Shown here one piece after another: positions 19,583-28,974 of a stretch of 64,000 bases of DNA; positions within the stretch are counted from its first letter, which is position 1, and every line of letters starts with the position of its first letter. Both the position numbers and the translations under genes were made by a program. The notes under the pieces are model-generated. The model saw only the letters and a program-made list of their open reading frames with translations. It searched no databases and had not been told where the DNA came from. The DNA is from an uncultured Candidatus Binatia bacterium (GTDB lineage Bacteria; Desulfobacterota; Binatia; UBA9968; JAJDTQ01): assembly GCA_965242525.1 (NCBI GenBank), contig OZ251459.1, positions 1,216,001-1,280,000 of the forward strand, given 5' to 3'.

Positions 19583-21670
19583 TCAACCCTCCCCGTCGGC
19601 CGCCCCGGACTTGGCCTCGGCCTGCACCTTCTCCATCAGGTGGGGAGGAAGCTCGTCGTAGTGCGAGAACTCCGACTGGAACTCTCCCCTGCCGCTGGTC
19701 ATGGACCGGAGGTCCGACGCGTACCGGAGCACTTCCGCCATGGGCGCCTGCGCCTTGATGACCTGGACGTTGCCTTTGGCGTCCACGCCCAGGACCTTGC
19801 CGCGCCGGCTGTTCAGGTCTCCGATCACGTCCCCCATGCAGTCGTCGGGCACCGCCACCTCCAGGGACATGACCGGCTCCAGGATCACCGGCTTGGCTTT
19901 CTCCATGGCGTTCTTGAAACCCATGGAGGCGGCGATCTTGAACGCCATGTCGGAGGAGTCCACCGCATGGAACGAGCCGTCGTAGAGGGTGGCGCGCACG
20001 TCCATTATCGGGTATCCGGCCAGGTAACCCCCGGCCATGGTCTCGACGATGCCCTTCTCCACCGCGGGGATGTAGTTGCGCGGGATGGCCCCGCCCACGA
20101 TCTTGTCCACGAACTCGAAGCCCTTGCCCCGCTCCAGGGGCTCGAGCTTGAGCCAGGTGTCGCCGTACTGGCCCCTGCCGCCGGACTGCTTCTTGTATTT
20201 CCCCTGGGCGTTGGAGGAAGCCCGGATGGTCTCCCGGTAGGGCACCTTGGGCGCCTTCAGCTCCACTTCCGCGCCGTACTTGCGCTTGAGTTTGTCCACC
20301 ACCACCTCGATGTGGAGCTGGCCCGTGCCCGACAGTATGAACTCGCGCGTCTGCTCGTCCCGGTGCATCCGGATGGAGGGGTCCTCCTCCATCATCCGCT
20401 GGAGGCCTTGGGGGACCTTGTCCTCGTCCGCCCGGGTCCTGGGGGAAAGCGCAAAGGAGATGGACGGGCTGAACTCCACCGGCCTGGGGTACTCGATGGG
20501 GGCGGCCTCGTCGCACAGGGTGTCCCCCGAGGCCACGTCCTTGAGCTTGGCCGCGGCGACGATCTCGCCCACTCCCGCCTCCGACACTTCCTCGTTCCTG
20601 GGACCCTCCGGTCGAAACAGGTGCGTGACCCTCTCCCTGGCCTCCTTGCCGGGGTTATAGACCGTGCTGTCGGCCCGCATGGAGCCGGACAGGACCCGCA
20701 TGATCGACAGCCGGCCGGCGAACGGATCCACGATGGTCTTGAAGACGAACGCCGAGAAAGGACCGTCCGGGGCCTTGGCGCGGGACTCGGCCTCGCCGGT
20801 CACCGGGTTCTTCCCCCGGGCCTCCGCCTCCTCCAGGGGAGACGGCAGCCATTCCACCACGCCGTCGAGGAGCGCCGGGACCCCCGCGCCCCGGGCGGCC
20901 GAGCCGTAGAGGACCGGGAACAGCGCGCCCTCGCGCACGCCGTCGCGCAGCGCCTGCGACAGCTCCTCCGAGGTCAACTCCTGGCCTTCCAGGTATTTCT
21001 CCAGCAGCTCGTCCCGGGTCTCGGCCACGTTCTCCATGAGCTCGACCCTCATTTCCTCGGCCCGTTCCCGCAACTCCCCGGGGACCTCCTCTTCTTTCTC
21101 CCCGCCGTCGCCGTCCGCGCACACCGCCTTCATGCGGATCAGGTCCACCACCCCCCGGAAGGTCTCCCCGTGGCCGATGGGGAGCTGCACGTGGAGGCCC
21201 TTGACCCCCAGGCTCCCGGCGATGGCGTCCACCGCCTCCACCGCCTCGGTCTCCTCCCGGTCCATGCGGTTGACGAAGAGCAGGCGGGGCATCCGGCGCT
21301 CCGCGGCGTAGCCCCACAGCCGCTCGGTCTCCACCCTCAGCCCGGCCCCGGCGTGGAGCACGAAGACCGCGCCGCCGAACCCCTCCAGCGAATGCACCGT
21401 CTCCGGCAGAAAGGTAGCGAAACCGGGCGTGTCCACGAGCATGCACAAGCTCTTCCTCCATTCGAGGGAATGGAAGGCCGCGGAGATGGAGACCTGCCGC
21501 TGGATCTCTTCGGGCTCGTGGTCGAACGCCGAGGCGCCGTCCTCCACCCGGCCCAGGCGGTTGGTGCGGCCCGCGGCGAACAACATGGCCTCGCCCAGGG
21601 ACGTCTTGCCCACCCCCCGGTGCCCCAGCAACCCCACGTTCCGTAACCGGCCGGCTTCGACTGCTGCCAT
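19583..21670 (-). CDS. fusA2: Elongation factor G paralogue (EF-G2 type)
   Basis: GHRGVGKT, DTPG, KKQSGGRGQYG, DGSFHAVDSS; divergent G2 (RQVSI) and G3 (DTPGF). Confidence 0.9.
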   Translation of the reverse strand: MAAVEAGRLRNVGLLGHRGVGKTSLGEAMLFAAGRTNRLGRVEDGASAFDHEPEEIQRQVSISAAFHSLEWRKSLCMLVDTPGFATFLPETVHSLEGFGGAVFVLHAGAGLRVETERLWGYAAERRMPRLLFVNRMDREETEAVEAVDAIAGSLGVKGLHVQLPIGHGETFRGVVDLIRMKAVCADGDGGEKEEEVPGELRERAEEMRVELMENVAETRDELLEKYLEGQELTSEELSQALRDGVREGALFPVLYGSAARGAGVPALLDGVVEWLPSPLEEAEARGKNPVTGEAESRAKAPDGPFSAFVFKTIVDPFAGRLSIMRVLSGSMRADSTVYNPGKEARERVTHLFRPEGPRNEEVSEAGVGEIVAAAKLKDVASGDTLCDEAAPIEYPRPVEFSPSISFALSPRTRADEDKVPQGLQRMMEEDPSIRMHRDEQTREFILSGTGQLHIEVVVDKLKRKYGAEVELKAPKVPYRETIRASSNAQGKYKKQSGGRGQYGDTWLKLEPLERGKGFEFVDKIVGGAIPRNYIPAVEKGIVETMAGGYLAGYPIMDVRATLYDGSFHAVDSSDMAFKIAASMGFKNAMEKAKPVILEPVMSLEVAVPDDCMGDVIGDLNSRRGKVLGVDAKGNVQVIKAQAPMAEVLRYASDLRSMTSGRGEFQSEFSHYDELPPHLMEKVQAEAKSGAADGEG

Positions 21671-21749
21671 GGATCTACCTCCCTCGAACCGGCCCGTCGG
21701 GGGTCCCGTCCCGCGCCCACCGCGGGCGCCCCGGCGCAGGGCCGGGCCG

Positions 21750-22541
21750 TCAGGCCCTCCGCTTGCGCGACGACGGAGCCGAGTTCTTCTCGTAAATAAG
21801 CCGTAAACCTTCCAACGTCAAGAATTCGTCCACGTCCTCGATGACGTCCGATTCGTGGGCGATGAGGGACGCCACCCCGCCGGTGGCCACCACCCGCGCC
21901 TGCACCCGGGTCTCCCGCCGGATTCGCTGCACGATGCCGTCCACCAGGCCCACGTAGCCGTAGTAGATGCCCGACTGGATCGACTGGACGGTGGACCTGC
22001 CGATGACGCCGGCGGGGCACAGGACCTCCACCCGGGGGAGCTTGGAGGCGCGCTGGAACAGGGCCTCCACCGCGATGACCAGGCCCGGGGCGATGAGGCC
22101 GCCCAGGTACTCCCCGTTGTCGGACACGCAGTCGAACGTGGTGGCGGTGCCGAAGTCGATGACGATGCAGGCCGCATGGAACCGGTCGTAGGCGGCGACG
22201 CCGTTGGCGATGCGGTCCGCGCCCACGTCCTGGGGGCTGTCGTAGAGGATGGGCATGCCGGTCCTGAGGCCCGGCCCCACCAGCAAGGGCTTCACCCCGA
22301 ACAGCTTGCGCCCGAGATCGTCGATCATGCCCACCATGGGCGGCACCACGCAGGAGACGATGATGGCGTCGATGGCGTCGCCGCCGATGCCCTGGGTGGC
22401 GGCGAGCTGGCCGATGAGGGCGCCGTATTCGTCCACCGTGCGTTCCGGCTGGGTCACCAGGCGCCAGTGGGTCAGGAGCTCCCGGCCCCGATAGACTCCC
22501 AGCACCATGTTGCTGTTCCCGATGTCGATGGCCAGCAGCAC
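21750..22541 (-). CDS. coaX: Type III pantothenate kinase
   Basis: LAIDIGNS, VGADR, IDFGTATT, VATGG. Confidence 0.95.
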   Translation of the reverse strand: MLLAIDIGNSNMVLGVYRGRELLTHWRLVTQPERTVDEYGALIGQLAATQGIGGDAIDAIIVSCVVPPMVGMIDDLGRKLFGVKPLLVGPGLRTGMPILYDSPQDVGADRIANGVAAYDRFHAACIVIDFGTATTFDCVSDNGEYLGGLIAPGLVIAVEALFQRASKLPRVEVLCPAGVIGRSTVQSIQSGIYYGYVGLVDGIVQRIRRETRVQARVVATGGVASLIAHESDVIEDVDEFLTLEGLRLIYEKNSAPSSRKRRA

Positions 22542-23378
22542 CTACGACCCTCCGTCCGTCAGGAACACGTCCCCGCTCGTCACCCGCCGGGGCCGGCCGC
22601 CGCCGTCCTCCAGCACCAGGAAGCCATCCCCGTCCAGCCCCCGCACCCGTCCCGCGAGCTCGCCGTCCCCAGTCCGCACGCGCGCCTGCGCCCCTTCCAT
22701 GCGCGCGTAAGCGTTCCAGCTTCGGGCGATGGAGGCGAACCCGCGCTCTTCGAACTCGATATAGCGCTTCTCCATGCAGCGCACCAGGGACCGGGCCGCC
22801 TCCACCCGGACCACCGCGGCCCCGGACTCCTCCATCACAGAGGTGGCGCCCTCGCGGATGTCCGGGGGCATGAGCGCCCGCGGGAAGTTCAGGTTGACGC
22901 CGACGCCCACCACCACGAAGAGCGTGCGGCCGGGTTCGCACGCGAGCTCGCTCAGGATGCCGGCCGCCTTCCGGCCGCGCAGCAGCACGTCGTTGGGCCA
23001 CTTGATCCGGGGCCGGCACGGGACCATCTCACCCAAGGCGTCGGCCACCGCCACCGCCGCCAGCAGAGTGGTCTTGGCCGAGTCCGCAGGCTCCAGGCGC
23101 GGGCGGAGTATGAAGGAGGCGTAGAGGTTGCGGCCCGCGGGAGAGACCCAGCGCCGTCCCATCCTGCCCTGCCCCCGGGTCTGCGCTTCGGCGATGACGA
23201 CGGTCCCCTCCGGCGCCCCGGCCTGGGCCAGCGCATGGGCGGTGCGGTTGGTGGAGGGCAGTTCCGGGTGCACCTCGATGCGGCCGCCGAGCCGCGTGGT
23301 CCCCAGGCCCCGAAGGATGCTTTCCGCGGTGAGCCGGTCGCCGGGAGCCGGAACGGGATGCTGCTTCACGGAAGACAT
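22542..23378 (-). CDS. birA: Biotin--acetyl-CoA-carboxylase ligase (no N-terminal HTH)
   Basis: STN, QTRGQGRMGRRW, KWPND, K.AGIL.E, GVGVN. Confidence 0.93.
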   Translation of the reverse strand: MSSVKQHPVPAPGDRLTAESILRGLGTTRLGGRIEVHPELPSTNRTAHALAQAGAPEGTVVIAEAQTRGQGRMGRRWVSPAGRNLYASFILRPRLEPADSAKTTLLAAVAVADALGEMVPCRPRIKWPNDVLLRGRKAAGILSELACEPGRTLFVVVGVGVNLNFPRALMPPDIREGATSVMEESGAAVVRVEAARSLVRCMEKRYIEFEERGFASIARSWNAYARMEGAQARVRTGDGELAGRVRGLDGDGFLVLEDGGGRPRRVTSGDVFLTDGGS

Positions 23379-23462
23379 GCTCGGATGAGAGGTCTTGGGA
23401 CAGGGAATTCGGGAAAGGGTTTCCGGGGATGCCCGGACCGGGGGCTTCGCCGGCCCGCGCGG

Positions 23463-26216
23463 TCATTGGCCCCGGAGCTCGCGGATCCTCCCCAGGCTCC
23501 GTTCGAGGGCGTCGATCTGTTCTTCCAGTTCCCGGGCCCGTTCCCGCTCGCGCTCCACCACCTCCGCCCGCGCCTTGGCCACGAAGTCCCGGTTGTCGAG
23601 CTTCTTCCGCACCCGGTCCCGCTCGGCTTCGAGCTTGCCCAGGGAGCGGTGCAGCCGGTCGCTTTCCTCCTGCAGGTCCACCGCGCCGTCCAGCGGGACA
23701 TAGACCTCGGTGGTATCGACCATGGCCGTGGCCACCTTCTCCGGCCGGACCCCCTCGGAACGGTACTCCAGGGACTCGGCCCGGGCCAGGGCGCGCACCG
23801 TCTCCTCGTGGGCGCGGACCAGGGAAAGCCGCTCGTCCGTATCGAAGAGCACCACCCGGACCTTCCGGGAAAGCGGCACGTTCATCTCGGTGCGGAGGTT
23901 CCTCACCGCGCGGATGAGGCCGCTCAGGAAGCCCACCTCCGCTTCCGCCTCCGGGTCCGCGGGGAAGTCCGCGGCCGCGGGATAGGGCTGGACCATGACG
24001 TCGTCCCCGGGCGGGGATCCGGCGTCCCGGGCGGTGACCGCCTGCCAGAGCTCTTCTGTGACGAACGGCATCAACGGATGCAGCAGCAGCAGGATGTTCC
24101 GCAGCACCGTGTGCAGCACCCGCTGGGCCGAGGCCGCGCCGTCGCCGTCGAGACGCAGCTTGCTCATCTCGATGTACCAGTCGCAGAACTCGTGCCAAGT
24201 GAACTGGTACAGGTGGTGCGCGAAATCGTTGAAACGGTACGCTTCGATGGCCTCCCGGGAGCGTTCCACCGCGGCCCTCAGGCGCGACAGGATCCAGCGG
24301 TCCGCCAGGTCCGGGGACTCCCCGAGCAACTCCTCCGCGGAGCGGGGCCGCTCCCGCAGCACCGCGTCGTCCAGGTTCAGGAGCACGAAACGCGCGGCGT
24401 TCCAGAGCTTGTTGACGAAGTGCTGGTAGCCGGCGATGCGCTCCTCCGCCAGCTTCACGTCCCGCCCCATGGCGGTCATGGCCACCAGCGTGAACCGGAA
24501 CGGGTCGGCCCCGTAGCGGTTGACCATGATGAGGGGGTCGATGACGTTCCCTTTGGACTTGGACATCTTCTGGCCGTCCTGGTCGCGCACCAGGGCGTGG
24601 ATGTACACGTCCCGGAACGGAACCTGCTCCATGAACCGGAGGCCCATCATCATCATCCGCGCCACCCAGAAGAACAGGATGTCGAAGCCCGTCACCAGCA
24701 CGGAGGTGGGATAGAAGGCCCGGAGGTCCTCGGTGCGGTCGGGCCAGCCCAGGGTGGAAAACGGCCACAGGGCGGACGAGAACCACGTGTCCAGCACGTC
24801 CGGGTCCTGCACGAACCGGGCGCCGCCGCAGGTCCCGCACGAGTCCGGCGCGCTCCTCGCCACCACCGGCGCGCAGCCGGAGGGGATCCTTTCTACGTCG
24901 CCGAACCGCAACGACCCGTTGCAGTCCGCGCAGTACCAGGCCGGGATCTGGTGGCCCCACCAGATCTGCCGGGACACGCACCAGTCCCGGATGTTGTCCA
25001 GCCACGCGAAGTAGGAGTTCTTCCAGGCCTCCGGGACGATGCGGGTGCGGCCCTGCCGCACCGCCTCCGCGGCCGGCTCCGCCAGGGGCCCGGCCTTCAC
25101 GAACCACTGGGGCGTGAGGTAGGGCTCGATGACCGTCTGGCAGCGGTAGCACTTGCCCACCGCGTGGCGGTAGGGCCGGACCTCGGCCAGGAGCCCCAGG
25201 TCCTCCAGCTCCCGGACGATGCGCTGGCGCGCTGCGTAGCGGTCCCGGCCCCGGTAGCGCTCGACCCAGGCCGGCGGCTCCGCTCCCTCCCGGACGAAGG
25301 CCTCCGCCCGCACCGCGGCGTCGTCGTCGAAGACGTTGATCACTTCCAGGCGGTTCCGGACGCCGATCTCGAAGTCGTTGAAATCGTGTCCCGGGGTGAT
25401 CTTGACCGCGCCCGTGCCGAACTCGGGATCCACGAAGGAATCGGCCACCACCGGGATCTCGCGCCCCACCACGGGGAGGCGCGCGCGCCGGCCCACACAG
25501 CCGGCGTGGCGCTGGTCGTCGGGATGCACCGCCACGCCGGTGTCCCCGAGCATGGTCTCGGGCCGGGTGGTGGCCACGGTCAGCTCGCCCCCCTCCACCA
25601 GCGGGTAGCGCACGCGCCACAGGTGGCCGTCCACCTCCTCGTGGGCCACCTCGATGTCGGCGAGGGCGGTCTTGCAGCGCGGGCACCAGTTGATGAGCCG
25701 TTCCGCGCGATAGAGCAGCCCCTCTTCCCACAGGCGGACGAAGGCCTCCCGCACCGCCCGGGAGAGCCCTTCGTCCATGGTGAACCGCTCACGGCTCCAG
25801 TCGCACGACACCCCCAGGGCCCGCAACTGCCGCAGGATGGTGTGGCCGGTCTCCTCGCGCCAGCCCCATACCTTCTCGACGAAGGCCCGCCGGCCCAGGG
25901 CGGTCCGGTGGATCCCCTGCTCGGAGAGCTGGCGCTCCACCACGTTCTGGGTGGCGATGCCCGCGTGGTCCGTCCCCGGCACCCACAGGACGTTGTGTCC
26001 GTCCATGCGCCGGAAGCGGCACAGGACGTCCTGGAGGGTGTTGTTGAGCGCGTGGCCCATGTGGAGCGAGCCGGTGACGTTGGGGGGCGGAATGACCATG
26101 GAGAACGACGGCGCCCCCGGGGCCGACGGAGTGAAGTGCGAGGCTTCGGCCCAGCGCTCGTACCACTTCTTCTCCACGTCCTGGTGGCTGTACGACTTTG
26201 CGATTTCTCGAGGCAT
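23463..26216 (-). CDS. valS: Valine--tRNA ligase
   Basis: PPPNVTGSLHMGH, DHAGIATQ, KMSKS, C-terminal coiled coil. Confidence 0.98.
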   Translation of the reverse strand: MPREIAKSYSHQDVEKKWYERWAEASHFTPSAPGAPSFSMVIPPPNVTGSLHMGHALNNTLQDVLCRFRRMDGHNVLWVPGTDHAGIATQNVVERQLSEQGIHRTALGRRAFVEKVWGWREETGHTILRQLRALGVSCDWSRERFTMDEGLSRAVREAFVRLWEEGLLYRAERLINWCPRCKTALADIEVAHEEVDGHLWRVRYPLVEGGELTVATTRPETMLGDTGVAVHPDDQRHAGCVGRRARLPVVGREIPVVADSFVDPEFGTGAVKITPGHDFNDFEIGVRNRLEVINVFDDDAAVRAEAFVREGAEPPAWVERYRGRDRYAARQRIVRELEDLGLLAEVRPYRHAVGKCYRCQTVIEPYLTPQWFVKAGPLAEPAAEAVRQGRTRIVPEAWKNSYFAWLDNIRDWCVSRQIWWGHQIPAWYCADCNGSLRFGDVERIPSGCAPVVARSAPDSCGTCGGARFVQDPDVLDTWFSSALWPFSTLGWPDRTEDLRAFYPTSVLVTGFDILFFWVARMMMMGLRFMEQVPFRDVYIHALVRDQDGQKMSKSKGNVIDPLIMVNRYGADPFRFTLVAMTAMGRDVKLAEERIAGYQHFVNKLWNAARFVLLNLDDAVLRERPRSAEELLGESPDLADRWILSRLRAAVERSREAIEAYRFNDFAHHLYQFTWHEFCDWYIEMSKLRLDGDGAASAQRVLHTVLRNILLLLHPLMPFVTEELWQAVTARDAGSPPGDDVMVQPYPAAADFPADPEAEAEVGFLSGLIRAVRNLRTEMNVPLSRKVRVVLFDTDERLSLVRAHEETVRALARAESLEYRSEGVRPEKVATAMVDTTEVYVPLDGAVDLQEESDRLHRSLGKLEAERDRVRKKLDNRDFVAKARAEVVERERERARELEEQIDALERSLGRIRELRGQ

Positions 26217-26222
26217 GGCTCT

Positions 26223-26777
26223 CTACCCTCGACCTGCGCTCCCGGACCCCGGCGTCCCGGGGCCGGTCTCGTCCGCGGCGTCCTCCTCCACCACCTCCGT
26301 CAACTCGATGATCCCGGGTTCGCCGGGGTCGGGCGCGCCGCGCTCCTCCGACGAGCGGGCCGGAGCCGCGGGGTCCGGCCCGCGGTCCTCGGGTCTGGCG
26401 TCCGACGGTTCCTCCCCTGCCGGCCCCCGGGCCGCGGACGGCGGCGGCAACAACGACCGCAGGGCGGCCTCCAGCGCGGCGCGCTCCAGCGGCTTGGACA
26501 CGGTCGCGGTGCGACCGCCGGAGCCGAGGTCCGGCGCCGGCCCCAGGTGGAGCCAGACCCCGGGGATCCCCAGGGACCGAAGCGCCCGGTGGACCTCCGG
26601 GACCTCCGCGCCGCCGTCACCGAGGGACTCCCGATCGACGATGACCAGGTCGCTGCCCCGGACGTCTTCCTCCCCGAGCCAGCGGTCCCGGACCGTGGCT
26701 CGGTGCTCCGGAAACAGGAACTGCCGCAGCGCCTCGCGCAGGATGGGACGTCTCTCGATGACGAATATGCTGCCCAT
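26223..26777 (-). CDS. Atypical receiver-domain protein with disordered acidic/Pro tail (RomR-like position)
   Basis: REC-like pattern (DLVIVD, SKP), Pro-rich linker, IIELTEVVEE; 6 nt upstream of valS. Confidence 0.6.
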   Translation of the reverse strand: MGSIFVIERRPILREALRQFLFPEHRATVRDRWLGEEDVRGSDLVIVDRESLGDGGAEVPEVHRALRSLGIPGVWLHLGPAPDLGSGGRTATVSKPLERAALEAALRSLLPPPSAARGPAGEEPSDARPEDRGPDPAAPARSSEERGAPDPGEPGIIELTEVVEEDAADETGPGTPGSGSAGRG

Positions 26778-26878
26778 TTCGATACAACGCTCCCGGGCGT
26801 TCGCATCATGTTAGCAGACAATGGCCTATCCTACGAACCCGTGTCCGGCCACGCGGACGGACTTCCGGTCCCGCCAAC

Positions 26879-26908
26879 TTGACAACCCCGCGTCCGCTGG
26901 TGCATATA
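26879..26908 (+). promoter_or_regulatory. Putative sigma70 promoter for tRNA-Leu and the prenyltransferase operon
   Basis: TTGACA-N18-CATATA upstream of the tRNA. Confidence 0.5.
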
Positions 26909-26942
26909 GAGGATCATCCCATGCAGGACCTTTCATGTTCGT

Positions 26943-27030
26943 GCGAAAGTGGCGGAATTTGGTAGACGCGCAGGATTCAGGATCCTGTGGGAGCAATCCC
27001 GTGGGGGTTCAATTCCCCCCTTTCGCACCA
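26943..27030 (+). tRNA. tRNA-Leu(CAG)
   Basis: Acceptor GCGAAAG/CTTTCGC, anticodon arm CAGGA-TTCAGGA-TCCTG, long variable arm, GGTTCAATTCC, encoded CCA. Confidence 0.95.
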
Positions 27031-27178
27031 CCTTCCAGGGGCGGCCGAGTCCGTCCTCCCTCGGACTCGCCGGGGTTCCGCGCCGCCTGACGTGGAACGC
27101 GCGCCCTCTGCATGCGGAGCAGCACCTCAACCGGAGTCACTTCTGCAACGACAGGACCATGAGAGAGGCGCCCAGGCG

Positions 27179-28174
27179 TTGAAGGACGTTGCGGAGGACT
27201 TCCTGTCCCCGTTCGAGTCGGTGGAGCAGTACGGACCGGTGGCCCGCCAGTTGCGTCTGGTGGAGCAACGGCTCATGGACTGCACGCGCTCGAAGGAGCC
27301 CGAGCTCACCGAGATCGCGTCCGACCTCATCAGGGGCGGGGGCAAGCGCCTCCGGCCCATGCTCACGCTGCTGGTGTTCAACGCCTTCCGGGGCGAGCGG
27401 GAAGACGACGCGGTGGACATCGCCGCGGCCCTGGAGCTGGTGCACGCGGCGACCCTGCTGCACGACGACATCATCGACGGCGCCGGGTTCCGGCGCGGGA
27501 AGGAGTCCGCCTACCAACGCTACGGACTCACGCGCACCCTGGTCACCGGCGACTTCCTCTTCATCAAGGCGTTCGAGTTCGCGGGCAAGTTCGACGACAC
27601 CGTGGTCCAGTGGACCGCGGACGCCTGCACGAGCCTCACCGAGGGGGAGATCCTGCAAGGCGCCTTCCGGCGCAACCGGACGGTGACCGCGGCGGACTAC
27701 CTCCAGATCGTCGAGCGCAAGACCGCCTCGCTCTTCGAGACCGGCGCCAAGCTCGGCGCCTACATCGCCGGCGCGCCGGCCGCACAGGTGGAGACCGCGG
27801 CGAGCTTCGGTCTCAACCTCGGCATCGCCTTCCAGATCATGGACGACGTGCTCGACGTGGTGGGGACCCGGGACCTGCTCGGGAAGTCCACGGGAATGGA
27901 CCTGCGCGACGGCAACCCTTCCCTTCCCATCGTCCTCTCGCTGCTCGACGGACACCGGGCGGTCTCGCGCGTCTTCCAGACCTCGTCTCCCACCGAGAGC
28001 GACATCCGCCAGGCCCTGGACGCCATGGAGAACGGCACGGTGATCGAGCGGGCGAGGAACTTCGCCCGCAAATATACGATCAAGGCCTGCCGGGAGATCG
28101 ACAATCTGCCCGGGTCCGCGGACCGGGACGGCCTCAAGGCGTTGGGCCGCGTGCTCACGGACCGGGACCGCTGA
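27179..28174 (+). CDS. Polyprenyl diphosphate synthase
   Basis: GGKRLRP, LLHDDIID, KTA, FQIMDDVLD; TTG start estimated. Confidence 0.92.
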   Translation: MKDVAEDFLSPFESVEQYGPVARQLRLVEQRLMDCTRSKEPELTEIASDLIRGGGKRLRPMLTLLVFNAFRGEREDDAVDIAAALELVHAATLLHDDIIDGAGFRRGKESAYQRYGLTRTLVTGDFLFIKAFEFAGKFDDTVVQWTADACTSLTEGEILQGAFRRNRTVTAADYLQIVERKTASLFETGAKLGAYIAGAPAAQVETAASFGLNLGIAFQIMDDVLDVVGTRDLLGKSTGMDLRDGNPSLPIVLSLLDGHRAVSRVFQTSSPTESDIRQALDAMENGTVIERARNFARKYTIKACREIDNLPGSADRDGLKALGRVLTDRDR

Positions 28175-28224
28175 CCACCGGACCGGCCCCGCCCGAGACG
28201 CTTCCGGGCCTCCCGGCCATCGCC

Positions 28225-28974
28225 ATGTCCACCCTCCGCGACACCCGGGTCAGGAACATCTTCGACCGGATCGCGCGGCGCTACGACCTGCTCAACCGGA
28301 TCATCAGCTTGCGGCTGGACTCCCTGTGGCGGCGCAAGGCCGTCCGGGCCCTGGGCGTCGCCGGCGAACCCGCCCTGGTCCTGGACCTGGGCACGGGCAC
28401 CGGCGCGCTGGCCCTGGAGGCGTGCAAGGCGCTAGGGCCGGGGGCCCGGGTGGTGGGCGTGGACTTCTCCCGCGCCATGATCGAGCTCGCCAGGGAACGG
28501 ACGGCCCGGGCGGGATACGGCCGCCGGGCCGCCTACGTCCTGGGCCACGCCCTGGCCGCGCCGGTGCGGGACGAGTCCTTCGACGCGGTGATGAGCGCCT
28601 TCGTGCTGCGGAACGTCGGGGACCTGGATGCGTTCTTCCGGGAGTCGTACCGGGTGTTGAAGCCCGGCGGGCGCATGGCGTCCCTGGACATGTTCCCCCC
28701 GTCCCGGGGCCTGTTCTCGCGCTTCTACTGGCTCTACTTCGGAAAGCTCATGCCCTGGGTGGGCCGGGCGGTGAGCGGCGACCCCACCGCGTACCGGTAC
28801 CTGTCGGACTCGGTCCGGTCCTTCGTCTCGCCGGAGTCGGTGGCCTCGACCGTCGCGTCGGCCGGCTTCGGCGAGGCCCGCACCGTGCGTTACCTCCGGG
28901 GCGCCATCTGCCTCCAGGTGGCCACCAAGCCCCGTCGGACCGCCCGAGGCCCCGGGGAGCCGGTGACCCGGTGA
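28225..28974 (+). CDS. ubiE: UbiE/MenG quinone C-methyltransferase
   Basis: FDRIARRYDLLN, LDLGTGTG, F.LRNV, AYRYLSDS. Confidence 0.88.
   Translation: MSTLRDTRVRNIFDRIARRYDLLNRIISLRLDSLWRRKAVRALGVAGEPALVLDLGTGTGALALEACKALGPGARVVGVDFSRAMIELARERTARAGYGRRAAYVLGHALAAPVRDESFDAVMSAFVLRNVGDLDAFFRESYRVLKPGGRMASLDMFPPSRGLFSRFYWLYFGKLMPWVGRAVSGDPTAYRYLSDSVRSFVSPESVASTVASAGFGEARTVRYLRGAICLQVATKPRRTARGPGEPVTR

Noticed and set aside
16641-20516. 1291-aa apparent fusion ending in GGT
   Set aside because: The upstream part is an off-frame read of fusA2 and the amidohydrolase; GGT starts at 18257.
21855-26882. 1675-aa plus-strand ORF, and similar long ORFs such as 46107-50441, 1641-4862 and 35410-38355
   Set aside because: Antisense or off-frame shadows of well-supported genes; expected from high GC3 codon bias; no motifs.
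26943-27180. tRNAs as integration sites (also tRNA-Arg at 38290)
   Set aside because: No integrase, no duplicated tRNA 3' end seen, and flanks are housekeeping genes.
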